From an uncultured cyanobacterium (GTDB lineage: Bacteria; Cyanobacteriota; Cyanobacteriia; Cyanobacteriales; Nostocaceae): DNA of 64,000 nucleotides. Where the stretch lies: assembly GCA_963706595.1 (NCBI GenBank), contig OY970166.1, forward strand, positions 1,120,001 to 1,184,000, given 5' to 3'. Positions 50,506 to 61,117 of this stretch are shown here, piece by piece. Each line of letters opens with the position of its first letter. Within the stretch, counting starts at the first letter, position 1. The notes under the pieces are model-generated. The model was given only the letters and a program-made list of their open reading frames with translations. It searched no databases and was not told the origin of the DNA. The translations under genes and the position numbers were made by a program.

Positions 50506-50934
50506 ATGAATGTGGGATTTTTTCAGAGAATTCCTGTAATGCCCCTGGTACTACTCTGGATAGCTTATGCTTTATTGGGGTGGTATCTTGCTGCTCATCA
50601 CATTGTTTGGTTGGCGGGAGCGTTTGTGGTCGCTGTGACTTTAGCTATTGTCAGAAAAACTATTGTTTGGTTAGAGCAGTTAGTGGCATTTGGCTCTAGA
50701 ATCTTGGTTGTGGTTTTATTTTTAAGTCTGTCTGTGGCTTTGGTCGAAACTTGGTCGCTTTTCTTCAGCCTGTTTCTTATACCGATAGCAACTACGTTTT
50801 TAGCTGATTTAGAAATGCGTTTTGCTGGTTTCAACAGAACTGATTCATTTTGGGTTTTAACTATTTTAGCCCTCTGCGGTTTGGTTTCGGGTGAATTGAT
50901 AGATATTTTACTTTTTCCTAGCAGCAGGTTTTAA
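50506..50934 (+). CDS. Hypothetical integral membrane protein
   Basis: About 142 aa, almost entirely hydrophobic; ATG 50506. Confidence 0.75.
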   Translation: MNVGFFQRIPVMPLVLLWIAYALLGWYLAAHHIVWLAGAFVVAVTLAIVRKTIVWLEQLVAFGSRILVVVLFLSLSVALVETWSLFFSLFLIPIATTFLADLEMRFAGFNRTDSFWVLTILALCGLVSGELIDILLFPSSRF

Positions 50935-51259
50935 TCTTAATATTCATATACTACGATAAAATAGTTCTTCCTTATCAAGTTTATGATAACACAATTTCCC
51001 GCGCGTGTCAACTCCCAATACTCTCTTTATGCGTTGAACTAGAACAAAAAAATAGAGCAAAAATTAGTTTGGATGCTGAAACTTGGGGTATTGAAATTAC
51101 TTATGCAGTCAGTGCGTCAAGGAGTAAAATATGAAGTTGCTCTGGATAAGTGGCGAAAAACTGGTATTACTATTCTTTATAGAGTGGGAAGATGTCACAC
51201 TTGGTCACAGTAAAAGCAAATGAGCTTTAAAGAACACTGCGTTTATCATTAGTTCCGAT

Positions 51260-52624
51260 ATGCAAAGCAGATCCCGACAAGAGTTACAAGACCTAGTGCG
51301 CGAGCAGTTGCAAGTGCTACTTGAACAAAAAAACTTTCAGGGTGCTAAAGCTTTGTTAGTTCCAGTTCAGGTTGCAGATATTGCGGAATCCATTGGAGGT
51401 TTACCAGAGGCTACCCAGGCGATCGCATTTCGGTTACTTTCTAAAGAAGAAGCCATAGAAGTCTTTGAATACCTCGATCCCAGTGTACAGCAAACGTTAC
51501 TAGAAGATTTTAAGCGTCAGGATGTACAGGAAATTGTCGATAATATGTCGCCTGATGATCGGGCGCGGCTGTTTGACGAACTCCCGGCGAAAGTTGTCCG
51601 GCGACTATTAGAACAACTGAGTCCGACGGAACGGGATGCAACGGCTTTGCTTTTAGGTTATGCGCCTAATACTGCTGGGCGGATTATGACTCCTGAGTAT
51701 CTGTCACTGAGGGAAAATATTACGATTACTCAGGCGCTAACGCAGATTCGTTCTCTGGCTAACTTGAGAGAAACTATTTACTATATATATGTGACTGATG
51801 ATGCTCGTCGCTTGACTGGGATTCTCTCGCTGCGAGGTCTAATTTTGGCGCAACCAGAGCAAACTATTGGCAGTATCATGACCCGTGATGTGGTATTTGT
51901 GAATACTGGGACTGACCAAGAAGAAGTAGCTCGAACAATTCAGCATTATGACTTTGTAGCCATTCCTGTGGTAGATGCCGAACAGCGTCTGGTGGGGATC
52001 GTGACGGTGGATGATGTGCTGGATATTTTAGAACAAGAAACCACAGAAGATATCTATACATTGGGTGGTGTCGAATCTGGTGGTGATAATTATTTTCAAA
52101 CTAATTTATTTACTGTTGCCCGTAGACGGGTAGTATGGTTATTTGTGCTGTTGATAACTAATAGTGCGACGGCGGCGGTAATTACGAACCAAGAAGATAT
52201 TTTAGAAAAATTCGTGGCGTTAACTGCCTTTATCCCCTTATTGATTGGTACAGGGGGAAACGTGGGAGCGCAGTCTTCCACTGTGGTGATTCGGGGCTTG
52301 AATACAGAAGATGTTCACCCCGACGAAGCTTTCAATATCATCAAACGGGAAGCGATCGCTGGACTATTGCTCGGAGGTATGTTAGGTGCTGTAGTTATAG
52401 TATGGGCATATTTCTTGCAAGGGAATTTAGCAGTTGCTCTGGCTGTAGGTATTAGTCTATTATCTATCTGCGTTTTAGCCTCAGTTTCTGGTTCCGCACT
52501 GCCATTTTTATTCCGTGCTATGAAGCTAGATCCGGCTTTGATGTCTGCACCCTTTATTACCACTGCGGTGGATGTGTTGGGAGTTTTAATTTACCTCAAC
52601 TTAGCGCGATGGATTTTAGGCTAA
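51260..52624 (+). CDS. mgtE: Magnesium transporter MgtE
   Basis: MSPDDRARLFDELP, TAGRIMTPEY, CBS pair, GTGGNVGAQS, DPALMSAPFITTAVDVLG. Confidence 0.96.
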   Translation: MQSRSRQELQDLVREQLQVLLEQKNFQGAKALLVPVQVADIAESIGGLPEATQAIAFRLLSKEEAIEVFEYLDPSVQQTLLEDFKRQDVQEIVDNMSPDDRARLFDELPAKVVRRLLEQLSPTERDATALLLGYAPNTAGRIMTPEYLSLRENITITQALTQIRSLANLRETIYYIYVTDDARRLTGILSLRGLILAQPEQTIGSIMTRDVVFVNTGTDQEEVARTIQHYDFVAIPVVDAEQRLVGIVTVDDVLDILEQETTEDIYTLGGVESGGDNYFQTNLFTVARRRVVWLFVLLITNSATAAVITNQEDILEKFVALTAFIPLLIGTGGNVGAQSSTVVIRGLNTEDVHPDEAFNIIKREAIAGLLLGGMLGAVVIVWAYFLQGNLAVALAVGISLLSICVLASVSGSALPFLFRAMKLDPALMSAPFITTAVDVLGVLIYLNLARWILG

Positions 52625-52717
52625 CAGCATAAGTTGCAACCAAAGCATCTCACCAGTTTAAAGTCTTGGGTATACTGATGATAGTTCTTCGCTCGGTATG
52701 CTCAACACGAATGAGGT

Positions 52718-54081
52718 ATGAATGTGAGTAGTCAGGAAAACTACAATTTAGTTGAGTCGGGAGCGACGAATGAAGCCGCAGATCCCAAGTCATTGTTGAC
52801 ATTATCCGACGCAGTAGCGCTGATTGTCGGTATTGTGATCGGGGCGGGAATTTTTCAAACCCCCGCATTAGTAGCAGTTCAAGCAGGTAGCGATGTTGCT
52901 GTACTGCTGTTGTGGTTCGCTGGTGGCTTAATATCTCTGGTGGGTGCGTTGTGTTATGCAGAGTTAGCCACGGCTTATCCCAATGTGGGCGGTGTTTACT
53001 ATTATCTCAAGCGTTCGTTTGGGCGAGGAGTGGCCTTTTTATTTGCTTGGGCGCGCATGACTGTGATCCAAACAGGTTCGATTGTGCTGCTGGCTTTTGT
53101 ATTTGGTGACTATGCGAGTCAAATATGGCGCTTAGGTACGTTTTCGTCTTCTATTTATGCAGCCGGGGCGATCGCACTCTTAACTGCTTTAAATATCATC
53201 GGTTTAAGACTAGGTAAGTGGACACAAAACTGGCTGTCTCTGGCGAAGGTTCTGGGTTTGTTATTGGTAGTAATTTTGGGACTAACTACTCTCCCTAATT
53301 CTACAGTGACAACAGAACCTGCATCGTCAGGAAATTGGGGCTTGGCGATGGTGTTTGTACTTCTGTCTTATGGTGGCTGGAATGAAGCGGCGTATATTTC
53401 AGCAGAAATGCAGAATAAACAACGCAACATTCTGCGATCGCTGCTGTGGAGTATTGGTATCATTACTGGTATTTACCTGTTAATCAATCTAGCCTACCTG
53501 CAAGGCTTGGGCTTATCAAACATGGCTGAATCCAAAGCAGTCGCCGCCGATTTAATGCGTGCTATTGCGGGTGAACCAGGAGCCTTATTTATCAGCTTGT
53601 TGATAGCAGTTTCCACCTTGGGAGCTATTAACGCCACAATTTTCACCGGTGCGCGACTAATTACGCTTTAGCTCAGGATTTTTCCCTATTTAGTTTTATG
53701 GGGCGTTGGCAAAAAAGCCACAGCACTCCCGTTGAAGCTTTTTTATTGCAAGTGGCGATCGCCTTAGCCTTGGTTGTATTAGGCACGATTACGCGCGGAG
53801 GCTTTGAAACGATGGTGGATTATACCGCCCCCGTTTTTTGGTTATTCTTTCTGCTTTCGGGTATATCGCTGTTTGTACTGCGAATCCGGGAACCGGAAAT
53901 ATCACGCCCCTTTCGTGTCCCATTCTACCCCTTGACACCGTTAGCTTTTTGTGCATCTTGTGGTTATTTGCTTTACTCTAGCTTGGCTTATACGGGTGTG
54001 GGAGCAGTTATCGGTGTTTTAGTGGTAGCAGCCGGAATCCCTCTGTTATTCTGGAATCGCCGTCGTCAAAGGAGGGAGTAG
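52718..54081 (+). pseudogene. APC-family amino acid permease split by a 1-nt deletion near 53655
   Basis: ORFs 52718-53671 (GIVIGAGIF, YAELA, SYGGWNEA) and 53698-54081 (RPFRVPFYP) join as ...FTGAR-TNYALAQDFSLFSFMGRW... if one base is restored. Confidence 0.8.
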
Positions 54082-54184
54082 GGAGTGGGGAGTGGGGAGT
54101 GGGGAGTAGGGAGTAGGGAGTGGGGAGTGGGGAGTAGGGAGTAGGGAGTGGGGAGTGGGGAGTGGGGAATGGGGAGTGGGGAGG
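54074..54184. repeat. Heptamer tandem repeat (G/A)GGGAGT
   Basis: About 15 tandem units; the first supplies the TAG stop of the permease. Confidence 0.92.
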
Positions 54185-54238
54185 AATGAGTTAAGACTGA
54201 TCACTGATTATCACACGCTATAGGAAAGGAAAAAATTG

Positions 54239-54886
54239 ATGCGTTACAAAAAAGTCCTGTTTTTAGTGGCTACAGGAGTAAGTCTGACAAGCTGGGGATT
54301 TGTCGGATGCACACCGCAAGAAGCCCCGAAGGTGGAAGCAGAAGCGCCAGAAACGTCAACTTTAGCAGGACAGACTGAGACAGCTACAACTAAACCCCAA
54401 GAACGTCCGGGTGATGTGCCTTATGTGCCTACACCACAGGCAGTAGTAGATGCTATGTTAGAAGTAGCAAAAGTAGGTAAAGATGATGTACTTTATGACC
54501 TTGGTAGTGGTGATGGTCGCATTGTGACTACAGCCGCCCAAAAGTATGGTGTCAAAAAAGGTGTTGGTGTAGAAATCAACCCCGAACTGGTACAGGAAGC
54601 TACTGCAAATGCACAGAAAGCCGGAGTCAGCGATCGCGTAAAATTTGTACAGCAAGATTTGTTTAAATCTGATTTTAGTGAAGCTACGGTAGTTACACTT
54701 TATTTATTACCTGATATTAACCTCAAACTCCGTCCCCAGCTATTACAGCAACTCAAACCGGGAACGCGCATTGTCTCCCATGCTTTTGATATGGGCGAAT
54801 GGAAACCAGAACAGACATTGAATGTAGATGGACGGACAATTTACTACTGGGTTGTTCCTGAAGAAATTCCACCTAATTTGAAGTAA
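54239..54886 (+). CDS. Class I SAM-dependent methyltransferase with putative lipoprotein signal
   Basis: FVGC lipobox-like; DVPYVPTP, LYDLGSGDGRIV, LKPGTRIVSHAF. Confidence 0.88.
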   Translation: MRYKKVLFLVATGVSLTSWGFVGCTPQEAPKVEAEAPETSTLAGQTETATTKPQERPGDVPYVPTPQAVVDAMLEVAKVGKDDVLYDLGSGDGRIVTTAAQKYGVKKGVGVEINPELVQEATANAQKAGVSDRVKFVQQDLFKSDFSEATVVTLYLLPDINLKLRPQLLQQLKPGTRIVSHAFDMGEWKPEQTLNVDGRTIYYWVVPEEIPPNLK

Positions 54887-55030
54887 AAGTAGTCCCCAGC
54901 GCAGAAGTCAAAAAGTTAGGTATTGGGGACAATAGGTAAAAATCATGGTGGGTGACGGCGCAAAATCAAAGATGTTCATTTTTATCCTGTGATTTGGTGC
55001 GCTTCACCTACCCTACACAATTTGCAGATT

Positions 55031-55840
55031 ATGAAAGGATTACAAGGAAAAAATGCGTTAGTGACAGGCGCAACTTCAGGAATTGGTCAGGCGATCGCCA
55101 TCAAACTTGCCCAATTAGGGTGTAATATAGGGATAAACTACCGCAGAACTCCAGAATCAGCAGCCGATACCGAAGCAATGGCAGTAGAGAAAGCCTGTAA
55201 AGATATCGAAAATTGCGGAATGCGTTCGCTGTTAGTAAAAGGTGATGTTTCCCAAGAAACAGATATTGTGAAAATGGTCAACAGTGTAGTTGACAACTTT
55301 GGTAGTTTAGATATTCTCATCAATAATGCCGGAATTCAAACAGAATGCCCATCCCACGAACTGACTACCGCAGACTTCGATCAAGTCCTTGCAGTTAACC
55401 TCCGGGGTGCTTTCCTCTGCGCCCGTGAAACCATCAAACATCTTTTATCCCAGAACCGTTCGGGAGTCATCATCAATATTTCCAGTGTTCACGAAATAAT
55501 TCCCAGACCTACATATCTGAGTTATTCCATCAGCAAAGGAGGAATGAAAAATCTCACTAAAACCCTAGCATTAGAATACGCTAATCGAGGTATTCGTGTC
55601 AATGCTGTCGCACCGGGAGCGACAGTGACACCAATCAATCAAGCTTGGATAGATGACCCAGAAAAAAAGGCAACTGTGGAAAGTCATATCCCCATGTGTC
55701 GTGCGGGAACTACTGAAGAAATGGCAGCCGCAGTAGCTTTTTTAGCTTCAGATGATGCCGGCTACATTACCGGTCAAACCCTATTTGTAGACGGGGGACT
55801 GAGTTTGTACGCTGATTTCCGCGAAAACTGGTCAGCTTGA
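55031..55840 (+). CDS. Glucose 1-dehydrogenase-like SDR oxidoreductase
   Basis: TGATSGIG, NNAGIQ, ISSVHEIIP, YSISK, GQTLFVDGG. Confidence 0.9.
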   Translation: MKGLQGKNALVTGATSGIGQAIAIKLAQLGCNIGINYRRTPESAADTEAMAVEKACKDIENCGMRSLLVKGDVSQETDIVKMVNSVVDNFGSLDILINNAGIQTECPSHELTTADFDQVLAVNLRGAFLCARETIKHLLSQNRSGVIINISSVHEIIPRPTYLSYSISKGGMKNLTKTLALEYANRGIRVNAVAPGATVTPINQAWIDDPEKKATVESHIPMCRAGTTEEMAAAVAFLASDDAGYITGQTLFVDGGLSLYADFRENWSA

Positions 55841-55876
55841 GTAGGTGTTTGGGAGAATAGCGGTTCTCCCAATACG

Positions 55877-56935
55877 CTACGTAATTTGTAAAAGCTTTTC
55901 TAGACCTTCCTGAGATGTCTTCGATTCATTGACAATAAACTTTTCTGGTCTTTGATATTCACGATAAATATGCTCAATTCGTTCTAAGGATAATGGCTCC
56001 ATAAAGGCTGCTATTCTTTCTTTAGGGAGAATTTCTGTTTTCTCAATGTAGTTACTAACTTTTGAAGGATAATCACCAATACCAATATTAGGAACTCCTA
56101 GTATGTCAGCCATGATCACAGAGTGGAGACGATTTCCGAAGTGAAAATCCATTTTGCTGAGGATTTCAAAAAAACCTTCGGAGTGGTCCCAAGAATGAAT
56201 CTGACAGTGATCTTCAGGTAAATATTTTTGGAGTAATTCATGAAATCGGTTGTCATTTCTCTCATCTCCCTGGTGTGCTGGTAGTAGGTGAATGACCGAG
56301 TTAAACTTTTCAATTAATGGTATTAATTGTTGTGCATAAAATTCTGCTCTGCCTTCACCCCACCAAAACTTACCAGAAAAAGATATATGATTCAGATTAT
56401 CGGAAGATGGCTTTGCCTTTAAATATTTTTCGTATAAATCTAAGTCCAAAAAGGCTAAATCACCACCTAAATGAAGAGATTTACTATATTTAATTTTTTC
56501 AGTGACTAATATATAAGAATTATTGTCTCTGACGTATAAAAAATCTGCATTCTCAAATATTTGAGCTATGTTTTTTTCTGTTCCTGGTTTGATGCTTTCT
56601 AAACCTACACCTAAAAAACAAAAACGTTTACCCGTTAATTTGGCAAAAGTTTGCATCATCACTAAATTCTTCGGCTTGCTGCTGAAATTTAAAGTACCTC
56701 CGCCCCAAACAATATAATCACTTTTTAACATCAGCCACAGTTTGTGGATTTTCGTTAATTTATTATTGCTAAAAAATTCTATTTTTTCCCCTGAGTTACG
56801 ATAGTAGCTATCTTGGCAAAGTACAAAAACTTTTTCTATTCCTGGCTGGGATTCCCAATACTTTGTTAATTGCTGTACAAATATATCATCGCCTACATTG
56901 TTGTAACCATAATAGCCCATCAGTAGAATTTTCAT
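55877..56935 (-). CDS. Polysaccharide pyruvyl transferase family protein
   Basis: GYYGYNNVGDD, WGGGT, YVRD, NRLHSVIMA..GVPNIGI. Confidence 0.85.
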   Translation of the reverse strand: MKILLMGYYGYNNVGDDIFVQQLTKYWESQPGIEKVFVLCQDSYYRNSGEKIEFFSNNKLTKIHKLWLMLKSDYIVWGGGTLNFSSKPKNLVMMQTFAKLTGKRFCFLGVGLESIKPGTEKNIAQIFENADFLYVRDNNSYILVTEKIKYSKSLHLGGDLAFLDLDLYEKYLKAKPSSDNLNHISFSGKFWWGEGRAEFYAQQLIPLIEKFNSVIHLLPAHQGDERNDNRFHELLQKYLPEDHCQIHSWDHSEGFFEILSKMDFHFGNRLHSVIMADILGVPNIGIGDYPSKVSNYIEKTEILPKERIAAFMEPLSLERIEHIYREYQRPEKFIVNESKTSQEGLEKLLQIT

Positions 56936-57164
56936 ATTAATCACAGTATTTATACTATTAGTATTGTCTTTTACATTTTATTTTGGCAAACCTGAACAGT
57001 ATATGTCAATTGTATATAATCCAACCACCCTGGTGCGGCGTTGAAAGCAAGTAAACTCCAATCATAGTAGCCTCTTTGCTTCGCAACGCGCGTCTAAGAG
57101 ATGCAAAAAACTCTAAATGGCGATGGGCGAAGCCGCGCCGTAGGGAATCCGCACGCACCTGAGA

Positions 57165-58427
57165 TTAATTCTTACCATGAGGACGCTGAATAATTGTTTC
57201 TACTACTCGCCGTTTAGCTTTGGGATCAATTCCTACCAAGCGCACGTACTCACCCTCATATTCAGCGAGATAACCTTCTAAAGCTGATATTGCATCCCAC
57301 TCAGCATTGATCTGAGTTGTACCGCAGCTTTGCCAAGAACCCATGCGGAAGCGCCGTTCATCTACGTGTTCAAAGTTAATTCTGTGACCTTGAGCTAAAA
57401 TTTGCCGAATTTGTTCTTGTGTCTCTAGGCTTAAATGGGTATTTGATACTTCTTGTTTCTGGAAACCATTACTGTTTTTGGGTTGCTGGGAACCATTGCT
57501 AGGTGTTACAGATGCTGCTGGTGCTGGTTGATAATTTTTACTACCTCGATTCAGTCGATTGTATTCATCAACCAATTGGGAATTTTCCACTCGTTGTTGT
57601 TCACCCACGATCAAGTTACCAGCCGAAATTAGGTGAGACAAGCTGAAATCAGGCTTTTTAAACTCTGGTGGCTTCTCAGCACTGTTTACTACACGCAATG
57701 ATACACGCTCGAAACCGACTTGATGGATAAATTCACGGACTTGTTGATCATAAATGCGCGATCGCAACGCACTATAAAAGTCAATAGATTGATGAGGAAA
57801 AGTATCAACTAGCTGTGCAACTTCTCGTTGTGAAAGTCCATCTTCTTCAAAAATTCCGCCAACAATTCCCACCTTATCGTCTCTATCGGGTTCCCAGTAG
57901 AATTTCTCCATCCGTCCATCCCGAATTAACGGCGCGTAGAGAGTGGAAAAATCATTCCCTGTGACAATAATCGGGACACGATGTAAGGGTGTAGAATCGT
58001 AGCTTCCAGGTAACTGCACATCTGTAGGATTATCAGCAATATTCATCAGTGTGGCATTTACCAACTGAGTATTTACAGTATACTGAGTACCCTCATCAAA
58101 GCGTCCCGCACCTGCATCTAAATCATTAATCATCAGCACGCACATTTTACCACGCACCTTGATTAATTCTGCGGTTTCCCGATAGCGCAAACGAATCAAC
58201 CGCGCCGGATCTCCCGCATCGGGACTTTCCAATTCTCCACCGGATATGTTAGTCACTTCGATACCCATTTTCTCGAAGACTAACTGACACTGAAACGTCT
58301 TTCCCTCGCCCTTGCGTCCATGAATCCCTAAAATCACGGGAACTCTGACACCAGGAAGATTCAAGAAATTTTTAGTGATGTGAACGCCAAGTTTGTCTAG
58401 AAAGCGGGGAGCAATGTAATAACTCAT
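57165..58427 (-). CDS. rca: Rubisco activase with C-terminal RbcS-like domain
   Basis: Walker A GRKGEGKT, LMINDLDAG, LIRDGRMEKF, C-terminal EHVDERRF...YVRLVGIDPKAKRR. Confidence 0.95.
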   Translation of the reverse strand: MSYYIAPRFLDKLGVHITKNFLNLPGVRVPVILGIHGRKGEGKTFQCQLVFEKMGIEVTNISGGELESPDAGDPARLIRLRYRETAELIKVRGKMCVLMINDLDAGAGRFDEGTQYTVNTQLVNATLMNIADNPTDVQLPGSYDSTPLHRVPIIVTGNDFSTLYAPLIRDGRMEKFYWEPDRDDKVGIVGGIFEEDGLSQREVAQLVDTFPHQSIDFYSALRSRIYDQQVREFIHQVGFERVSLRVVNSAEKPPEFKKPDFSLSHLISAGNLIVGEQQRVENSQLVDEYNRLNRGSKNYQPAPAASVTPSNGSQQPKNSNGFQKQEVSNTHLSLETQEQIRQILAQGHRINFEHVDERRFRMGSWQSCGTTQINAEWDAISALEGYLAEYEGEYVRLVGIDPKAKRRVVETIIQRPHGKN

Positions 58428-58518
58428 AAAATTATTATTGATTAGGACTTATTAAAATCATGCTAAGTTTTTTTGGTGCATCTTGTTCATTTATCTTCTG
58501 GGATAAATTAAGTGCTAC

Positions 58519-58899
58519 CTACCACAAACGCTGAATTGGATACGCATCAAAAATCTGATCTGCACTCAGTAATGGTATATTTTCCACTATAGACTGTGCA
58601 ATTAACAATCTATCAAACGGATCACGATGATCTAACGGTAGTGATGAGATCACAGCAACATGGTCTATTCTGATTGGTAATAATTCAATTCCATTCATAA
58701 TTATTTGCTGTTCGATAAACTCGTTAAAGGTAGGCTCAAATTTGAGTTTACCGATACTATGCTTAATTGCCATTTCCCAAACACTGGCAATACTGAGGAG
58801 ATTATCATTATTTTCAATCTGCGATCGCATACTAGCGCTAATTCTGGGATCACCCGACACAAACCAAATCAAAATATGAGTGTCCAGTATTTGTCTCAT
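58519..58899 (-). CDS. vapC: VapC-family PIN-domain toxin
   Basis: ILDTHILIW, SIASVWEMAIK, HRDPFDRLLIAQ, LLSAD. Confidence 0.9.
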   Translation of the reverse strand: MRQILDTHILIWFVSGDPRISASMRSQIENNDNLLSIASVWEMAIKHSIGKLKFEPTFNEFIEQQIIMNGIELLPIRIDHVAVISSLPLDHRDPFDRLLIAQSIVENIPLLSADQIFDAYPIQRLW

Positions 58900-59123
58900 T
58901 CCATATATTCCTTAAAATCTTCTAATGGTTCATCAAAGTCATCAGATATTGTAATCATTCCCTTAGCACTACCAAATTTAGGACGGCGTTTTACAGGAAC
59001 TACAGGAGTTAACTTGATAACTGGTAAATTTTCCTTCATGATGATGATCTCTTCACCAGAAAGCGCTGCTTCAATCAATTCTGGTAAATTTTGAGATGCT
59101 TCAGACAAAGTAATTTGAGTCAT
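58896..59123 (-). CDS. Phd/YefM-like antitoxin
   Basis: ITLSEASQNLPELIEAALSGEEIII...FGSAKGMITISDDFDEPLEDF; 4-nt overlap with the toxin gene. Confidence 0.88.
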   Translation of the reverse strand: MTQITLSEASQNLPELIEAALSGEEIIIMKENLPVIKLTPVVPVKRRPKFGSAKGMITISDDFDEPLEDFKEYME

Positions 59124-59181
59124 GATTTTTCCCTCAATATAGCCCTAATTAGATAATTATACGAATTGAATGATGGATGTA

Positions 59182-59883
59182 TTAAGAATTTTCTGATAAT
59201 CGGGTCATAAATTCTTGATATTCTGGGGAGTTTAACCCTTGATGTAACACTGCTAAAACCTGTGTCATTTCCCCTGTTAACAATGCAGCTACATCCAACC
59301 ATAAACCAGGATAAACACGACTTTTAATAATACCGTTAGCATCAGTAACTAATGATATATATTCACCATTTTCTAGAAAAAACCAATCAAGTTTATGATC
59401 GTAAATCTGCCAAACTAAATATTCTTTAACACCATTACGGCGATATACCCGTTTTTTATCATATAAATCATTAGCAGCACTACTAGCAGCAACTTCCGCC
59501 ACTAATTCCGGTGCGCCTTCAATGTAATCATCATCACTAATATGTGCTTGTCCACCCAGTTGCTCGTCAACTATCAGCACAACATCAGGTTGTGGTTCAT
59601 TATCTAAATCCAGACGGACTGTAACATTATCACCTAACTCTACCCCAGGAGTAGCAACTTTATAAGTTCCCAACCAAATAATCAAGTCTCCATGAGGTTT
59701 CCCATGACTTCTAAAACGCAAAGGTGAGGCCACGTATACAATTCCTTCTATGAGTTCAGCTTTCTTAATATTTGGCATTGCTGTGTATCGCCGTTCAAAT
59801 TCTTGACGTGTCAGGCGATCGCCACTTTCTAAAGGTAAAATTGGGATATTCTTACTCAAGCTTGGCTCTACCGATGCTTTCAT
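59182..59883 (-). CDS. Uma2 (DUF820) family putative endonuclease
   Basis: LESGDRLTRQEFERRY, AELIEG, EPQPD, GAPELVAEVA, YRRNGVKEY. Confidence 0.92.
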   Translation of the reverse strand: MKASVEPSLSKNIPILPLESGDRLTRQEFERRYTAMPNIKKAELIEGIVYVASPLRFRSHGKPHGDLIIWLGTYKVATPGVELGDNVTVRLDLDNEPQPDVVLIVDEQLGGQAHISDDDYIEGAPELVAEVAASSAANDLYDKKRVYRRNGVKEYLVWQIYDHKLDWFFLENGEYISLVTDANGIIKSRVYPGLWLDVAALLTGEMTQVLAVLHQGLNSPEYQEFMTRLSENS

Positions 59884-59929
59884 AACAAATTCCTCAAAAT
59901 CGGATATTTACATCTAGTATAGGCAATTC

Positions 59930-60550
59930 TTATTTAAACCAATTTAACCAAGCATCCCAATTATCTACAATTTCGGCAAATTCTGCGTAACCTGCGCTTC
60001 TAGGATGAGCGCCATCATAATTTTTTGCCTCATTTATCCAAATATTTGATTTTTCTAATCTGGGAAATACATTTAAATAAGGCACATTTAATTCATCACA
60101 AACCAAAGCAAATCCTTGAGATAAATTAAGAATTCTTTCATTTCTCCCATCTTGTTCGCTATCAAAACATGGTGGTGGACTCACCATCAACACAGGATAT
60201 AACTGTTTAGCCTCACTTAAAATATTATGAATATTTTCCAGTGATTCTGTAATTGAAACACGAGTTTTGCCATTTTCTATAGTTGTATCATTAACACCAA
60301 AAGAAAACACAACTCTGCCTTCATATTCCTTTGGTAAGCGATAAGAAACTTCCTTTCGCCAACGATTTCTGAGTTCGGTACTTGTTTCTCGCCGCACCCC
60401 TAAATTATAGTAGGTAATATCATGACCTTTTTTATTCGCATTCACACATATTCGACCTGTCCAACCCAGACACTCAGGATCGCCCGCACCATTAACAAAC
60501 GATTCACCCAAAAAACAAATTCTAATTTGCTTGGGATGCTCAAAGCTCAT
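59930..60550 (-). CDS. SGNH/GDSL hydrolase
   Basis: FLGESFVNG, NLGVR, SFGVND, DGAHP. Confidence 0.88.
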   Translation of the reverse strand: MSFEHPKQIRICFLGESFVNGAGDPECLGWTGRICVNANKKGHDITYYNLGVRRETSTELRNRWRKEVSYRLPKEYEGRVVFSFGVNDTTIENGKTRVSITESLENIHNILSEAKQLYPVLMVSPPPCFDSEQDGRNERILNLSQGFALVCDELNVPYLNVFPRLEKSNIWINEAKNYDGAHPRSAGYAEFAEIVDNWDAWLNWFK

Positions 60551-60610
60551 CAAAACTCTTCCTCTATTAAGTTGGTGCTAATCTTTTCAGCTACGTTAAT
60601 AAATTTCAAT

Positions 60611-60762
60611 GTAGGGTGTGTTGTCGCGTAGCGCAACGCACCGTCAAAACTTCGGCTGCGCTCATATTCATAGGTAAGAGCAGTTATGTCCGTCAAGGCT
60701 TTACGTTTTCGCTATGCTTTAACAGTTCAAGGTGCGTTAGCCTCCGGCATAACACACCCTAC
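60611..60762. repeat. REP-like hairpin element
   Basis: GTAGGGTGTGTT...AACACACCCTAC arms with an inner ACGCACC/GGTGCGT pair; same core family as 10454-10532. Confidence 0.7.
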
Positions 60763-60766
60763 TGGG

Positions 60767-61020
60767 GTGACAAGGCTAAAATGTTGCAATAGATTTTTGA
60801 CAAAATTGAGATAAATCAATGTTTTCTGCTTTTATCTAATGCACTATTTTAAGCTTGTCAGTCCACTACTAGCGTGGCAAGGCTAAAATGTTGCAATAGA
60901 TTTTTGAGAAAATTCAGATAAATCAATGTTTTCGGCTTTTTCCTAATGCACTATTTTAAGCTTGCCACGCTACTACTAGACTACAATTTTTTGCAACATT
61001 TTAAGCTTGTCACGCCACTA
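60767..61020. repeat. Tandem dimer (107-bp period) of a MITE-like unit plus an inverted end fragment
   Basis: GTG(A/G)CAAGGCTAAAATGTTGCAATAGATTTTTGA... starts at 60767 and 60874; each unit ends ATTTTAAGCTTG(T/C)CA. Confidence 0.85.
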
Positions 61021-61031
61021 CTTTAATTAAT

Positions 61032-61060
61032 AAAAAAAAGAGGCAGAAAACTCTACCTCT
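61032..61060 (-). terminator. Rho-independent terminator after rbcS
   Basis: Minus strand AGAGGTAGA-GTTT-TCTGCCTCT followed by a T tract. Confidence 0.75.
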
Positions 61061-61117
61061 CTTCTAACGGGGAAAAACTAATTCAATTTCCCCAAAATTA
61101 ATTCAAAAATCCAACTC

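Noticed and set aside
54074..54184. G-rich tandem tract as a CRISPR or telomere-like feature
   Set aside because: Ordinary Nostocales heptamer repeat; no spacers.
60767..61020. Possible CRISPR array
   Set aside because: Two whole ~107-bp units are duplicated with no unique spacers, and no cas genes are in the window.
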